From: Deltaproteobacteria bacterium TL4
GTDB taxonomy: Bacteria > SAR324 > NAC60-12
Length of the DNA stretch: 10,096 nt
NCBI GenBank assembly: GCA_051382335.1
Contig: JBBCAX010000238.1
Location: 1-10,096 of the forward strand
Direction: 5' to 3'
Position 1 is the stretch's first letter, and each line of letters starts with the position of its first letter. This document shows positions 7,501 to 10,096 of the stretch, one piece after another. The notes below the pieces were generated by a model. That model had not been told where the DNA came from. It did not search any database and saw only the letters and a program-made list of their open reading frames with translations. A program made the position numbers and the translations under genes.

Positions 7501-8599
7501 AAGCTTCCCCCATTTGACACTGCGCCTGATCAAATCAACCAACGCTGAGTTCTTGACCTGGTTGTTGGGGAAGATTGATTTTCATAGCTGGAAGCGAATT
7601 TTTAAAGCCCGTTTTATTGACGATCTCAAAACAGCCTGGGAAGCGGTCAGTGATTTTCTGGCGGAAGGGATGGAAGAGGTGACCACGCACTTACAACATG
7701 CCGGAGAAATTTGTCACAGGCTGGAAGTTGGCCAGGAAGACGCGGAAGAACTTTACCGCTTACTGCACATGAGCAAAGGAGTTGCCTTATCCCTGGACCT
7801 CGAAATTATGGGTTCCCTGTATCATCATCTGGAAACCCTTTTAAGCAAAATCATGCCCATTCAAACGCCTGGGGATTGGTCAAAAAATGAGATCTTTATT
7901 GAAAAAATAGCATCGGTTTTGGAAGTCAATGAGATCGCGAACGGCATTCTGCTCCGAGCCTTTAAGAACGATACTTTCTTAAAGAAAACCATTTATGTGC
8001 ATCACCTTTTTCCTCGCCTGGAACAACTGGCGAACAAGCTGGAAACCATGTTGCAGAAGGAATTGGATATTCAGTTTTTAGAAGAGGCGACCTTGCAAGT
8101 GGATTCCGCATTGTTCCAAATAATCAACAACTGCCTCATTCAACTGATCAAAAACTCCATTGATCATGGCCTTGAAATGCCAGAAGCCCGAATCCAACAA
8201 AACAAACCCGCGAAAGGCGTGATTCAAATCAGAATCAGCACGCAGGATCAACAAGCCAAGTTCAGCATCCAGGACGATGGCGCCGGATTGAATACCGATA
8301 AAATCCTGTCCAAAGCGGTGGAACGGAAAATTATTTCTGCCCCTGAGTCAAAAGCTTTGCAAAAAGACCCCAGCAGAAAACATGAAATTTATAAGCTGAT
8401 TTTTTCGCCTCAAATGTCCACAGCCAGTCGGGCGTCAATGGTCTCCGGAAGAGGTGTGGGGATGAATATTGTCAAAACCGAAATTGAAAAAGTCGGGGGC
8501 ACCCTTCAATGCGAATCCGAACGAGGTAAAGGCTCGACCTTTACCATCATTCTGCCCTTCCAAATGCCGGAGCATGTCATCATTGATTCCAGCTACTGA
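4547..8599 (+). CDS. Large multidomain CheA-like hybrid kinase: HEAT repeats - coiled coil - acidic linker - REC - degenerate HATPase-like - HEAT repeats - Hpt - CheA-type HATPase; no CheW domain
   Basis: HEAT motifs LSDADVEIRESVIRALG and LRDQDKDVRHRAMAVL; REC VFVLDDS, LISTD453WNMPEMDG, IIFIT, ISKPF; Hpt LYRLLH1074MSKG; N box QLIKNSIDHGLE; G1 QDDGAG; F box IFSPQMST; G2 SGRGVGM; ends 12 aa after FTIILP. No clear SD before ATG 4547. Confidence 0.88.
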   Translation: MKRTVIKLDYYREQSSTIDVVIELLSKWDAQKPPEQLNRDLNRIKGLLPSLFQELSGKDMELKVKVFNLLGRAQIPNAASFLLAYLSDADVEIRESVIRALGFLKDPIAILPLKNAYDNESEELQKLIIEALNQLVDDLFFFKLLGNDPNLNKITIALELLDLLVSEREHLLSPSGFRRFLDQLFPYFQQLKRSAFDARTLKQSIETLHDELHRSLEKSECSIETMKFQLKIQHTQLQSFLERSDKKQINADDSEPPSPREVTQDLQEVESEIEKQSAQLSTISKALPEVHPLMNALTQSVERISARLEEVTQKLERLPSFAEAPTTTTAEEAFEPATAAPLEWDEEPDPEVTEALEEEPQFDPESLSLALTETEEELIHELFQNSKKRKDPSETPQFKGSVFVLDDSPLMLKTIQSLMQYAGFSEVIPFAHPILAVDAYKKDYQKLVLISTDWNMPEMDGRAFMIAIRAFEKQENLPPCPIIFITDETNIYKVRLLLAEGAAKVISKPFIPDDLIKVVKEVTGVETKEHRAETGEFLNLQQLIVEANRSAADENASKKIKKKLFYHKSLKVHASIKEDLTQCLRYLIAMADFLSLPGQTVTIEFKKHSEDETSATVSLNGKTAQRSETEIHQSAEKPKAESQNLGGFLSELKNLIGSDSAEKFTLNHLMRKNLDAPSEKKAREESLKGWSLDSFMETHPHYQKLHQSVAKVYGSLDWVVDEGMFSLKLTFSWPLEEDQSLAAPEPIPWAEADNEHKDEVEAFQYLMDLEEDGDVKTTIAALEKLCIREPVQIFHVVDYLHDGHFERAEQEILEMFHKLNRIDVIPYLIRRFAHLHKEFKLWTLSFIAEHDIKYGFFFIISVLRDQDKDVRHRAMAVLVEHFDMRFLPLMEHSLKHTFNMPKAMEGRELLGRLPARERSAVLSILLLSNDFEKSLPLLLGYLNDADRYEQEQIYKALGHQTALKYLKAGQVESLIAHFEKNEVLESFPHLTLRLIKSTNAEFLTWLLGKIDFHSWKRIFKARFIDDLKTAWEAVSDFLAEGMEEVTTHLQHAGEICHRLEVGQEDAEELYRLLHMSKGVALSLDLEIMGSLYHHLETLLSKIMPIQTPGDWSKNEIFIEKIASVLEVNEIANGILLRAFKNDTFLKKTIYVHHLFPRLEQLANKLETMLQKELDIQFLEEATLQVDSALFQIINNCLIQLIKNSIDHGLEMPEARIQQNKPAKGVIQIRISTQDQQAKFSIQDDGAGLNTDKILSKAVERKIISAPESKALQKDPSRKHEIYKLIFSPQMSTASRASMVSGRGVGMNIVKTEIEKVGGTLQCESERGKGSTFTIILPFQMPEHVIIDSSY

Positions 8600-9027
8600 C
8601 TCTCCTCTCGCCCTTTTTTCGCGTTTTTATAGGCGTTTTTGATCTCAGACAGGGACTCCTCCACTTTTTTTGCCAGGAATTGCGTCTCATTTTTGATAAA
8701 ATGCCCCAATTCTTTGGCCAGAGGTTCCACGTCGTGTCCACTCTCTTTTAATTGAGCCAGTGCCTTTTCATATTTTTCTTTGGCAAATTCCAGTATGGTA
8801 TCGGAGGTCGTTGAGGCCTCTTTACAAACATCCTGAACAAATTCATTTCCCGCAAACTTGTCTTTCGCTTGCTGAAGCAACTCCCCCAGTTCCTCGGCAT
8901 TTGAACTTTCCTTCATTTTTTGGAACAGGTTTTCCACCTCACTCCCAAAATTTTTAACCAGCTCATCCAAATTGAATTCCTGTACCGATACCTTTTTTTT
9001 TGTTGATTCCTTCTGTTCCTTCTCCAT
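8593..9027 (-). CDS. Hypothetical protein rich in charged residues, predicted all-helical
   Basis: 144-aa ORF rich in K/E with amphipathic-helix periodicity; GAGGG just upstream of the ATG on the minus strand; stop overlaps the 3' end of the large kinase gene by 7 nt. Confidence 0.75.
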   Translation of the reverse strand: MEKEQKESTKKKVSVQEFNLDELVKNFGSEVENLFQKMKESSNAEELGELLQQAKDKFAGNEFVQDVCKEASTTSDTILEFAKEKYEKALAQLKESGHDVEPLAKELGHFIKNETQFLAKKVEESLSEIKNAYKNAKKGREESQ

Positions 9028-9179
9028 GATCCCTCATCGTAAGTGTTGTGTAAAAAAATACACTTTCAATATAACGCATCCCTGACCCTAATAAAAGTCC
9101 ATTCTTTCCTTTTTTTTCTATCCAGGCCTGCTTATTGCTACACTGTCATCAGGTTAATTTTTTACTTTTGAAACGTAAG

Positions 9180-9212
9180 GCAGGGTACCGCTTAAGCGAA
9201 GCAAACACACCA
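9180..9212 (+). repeat. Degenerate single copy of the 1929-1963 REP unit
   Basis: GCAGGGTACCGCTTAAGCGAAGCAAACACACCA aligns to GTAGGGTGT-GCTTTAGCGAAGCGAGCGCACCA at 25/33 positions by hand alignment. Confidence 0.55.
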
Positions 9213-9258
9213 CGTTTCGTGCGTTAAGTCACCTGATTGATATTTTTTTAATTCTTTA

Positions 9259-9287
9259 TTGACAACAACTCCTGTTAATCGTACTAG
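9259..9287 (+). promoter_or_regulatory. Possible sigma70-type promoter upstream of the 9382 gene
   Basis: Perfect TTGACA at 9259-9264 preceded by an AT-rich tract; the hexamer at 17-nt spacing (TACTAG) is a poor -10. Confidence 0.3.
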
Positions 9288-9381
9288 AAACTAAAGAGGC
9301 TCCCCTCAGCCCCTCAAGGTAAGGTAGGACGAGTTAAAAGGTATCTGTAATAATTATGTTTTTTAAATTTTTGGAAGACTC

Positions 9382-9900
9382 ATGCAGAAAGAATTAATTT
9401 TCAATGTGTTCCTCATCCTGGGTGTGTTGATCATCATCCCGGCTTCGGTAAGCGGTGCGGAAAAATCAACACCGATTCAGGTATTGGCGAAGAGTCCTGC
9501 CGCCTTGTTCAAATGGGGCTTGTACCACCTTGAAGAATACTTGATTTCAAACCCCAAAAATCGTTTCAGTGTGTTTCTTGGTAAAAATCGGGAGCAGAAT
9601 CGAATCAAGGTGATGTTCCTGGACGCCTCCTTGGACTCTTTTCGAAAAAAGGAGGAAGCCCAGGAAATGTGCTCAGACGCCATTGATCAAATCAAGGGCC
9701 GGTTTGGTGTGAACCTTTATAAAGAAGCTAAAAACCTCATCCTTCGATCGTTTTCCCGGCACCAGGATTTTGAGGCCACAAAACTGAGTCACCAAATCGA
9801 TAATGTGACGTTAATCGGCGGACAAATCGCTTACAACAAAGGCTCGATCAAGTGTAAAGCCTCCCTGCTCTCCAAAAATATTGTCTTTTCCGAAATTTGA
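9382..9900 (+). CDS. Hypothetical exported protein with a probable Sec signal peptide
   Basis: N-terminus MQKE, hydrophobic LIFNVFLILGVLIIIP, then a small-residue c-region ASVSGA/EK; two Cys in the mature part; GGAAG upstream of the ATG. Confidence 0.7.
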   Translation: MQKELIFNVFLILGVLIIIPASVSGAEKSTPIQVLAKSPAALFKWGLYHLEEYLISNPKNRFSVFLGKNREQNRIKVMFLDASLDSFRKKEEAQEMCSDAIDQIKGRFGVNLYKEAKNLILRSFSRHQDFEATKLSHQIDNVTLIGGQIAYNKGSIKCKASLLSKNIVFSEI

Positions 9901-9963
9901 AACATCCTTATTCTTTTTTATTCCGCCAAATAACAGGCGCACTAGGGTTTGAATGTTTTCAAA

Positions 9964-10002
9964 TCTAAGGGGCTTGGTCGTAAGTTCGGCCACCCCCTTA
10001 GA
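9964..10002. repeat. Intergenic stem-loop (possible terminator or small palindromic element)
   Basis: TCTAAGGGG (9964-9972) pairs perfectly with CCCCTTAGA (9994-10002); inner TGGTCG/CGGCCA stem around TAAGTT; no U-tract follows on the + strand. Confidence 0.5.
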
Positions 10003-10096
10003 ATCTAGCTTGCCCATGCCACAGCATAATTTTCTCTGACTCTGGGTCTCAGAGGTAAATCCATGCGATTTAAAAGTTCGTTAAACAGATTTCTGT

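Noticed and set aside
785..7513. Many short alternative-frame or antisense ORFs inside the three kinase genes and hicB (e.g. 785-1216, 4067-4282, 4847-5260, 5819-6247)
   Set aside because: They overlap genes with clear conserved motifs and show no recognisable features; typical shadow ORFs.
182..8599. Assigning the gene symbol cheA, or calling this a chemotaxis operon
   Set aside because: Both CheA-like proteins lack the CheW/P5 domain, and no MCP, cheW, cheR, cheB or cheY lies in the window.
9288..9345. Possible riboswitch or sRNA in the leader of the 9382 gene
   Set aside because: No riboswitch consensus that I can recognise; only weak pairing. An Rfam scan would settle it.
8760..10017. 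ORFs 8760-8957 (+), 9477-9683 (-) and 9811-10017 (-)
   Set aside because: Antisense to better-supported genes or crossing the terminal hairpin; no supporting features.
9928..10086. attC site (AAATAAC ... GTTAAAC) after the 9382 gene
   Set aside because: The span of about 160 nt is too long, the ends are not complementary beyond the core, and no L boxes are evident.

Overview
Bacterial signal-transduction locus. Three co-oriented (+ strand) histidine kinases, all apparently cytoplasmic: (1) a PAS-Hpt-CheA-type kinase with no CheW/P5 domain (182-1915); (2) a REC-HisKA-HATPase-REC hybrid kinase (2117-4018); (3) a 1350-aa protein reading HEAT repeats - coiled coil - acidic linker - REC - probable degenerate HATPase - HEAT repeats - Hpt - CheA-type HATPase, again with no CheW domain (4547-8599). 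Both junctions carry apparent accessory DNA. At 1894-2040 is a nested palindrome: a GTAG-type REP doublet inside a MITE-like shell that seems to have inserted into the first gene's stop codon. At 4104-4498 is an AT-richer hicB-hicA toxin-antitoxin pair. The right end holds a convergent helical hypothetical gene, a degenerate REP copy, a gene for a probable secreted protein, and a hairpin. No rRNA, tRNA, CRISPR array or transposase was seen. All domain calls come from motifs recognised by eye; no searches were run.
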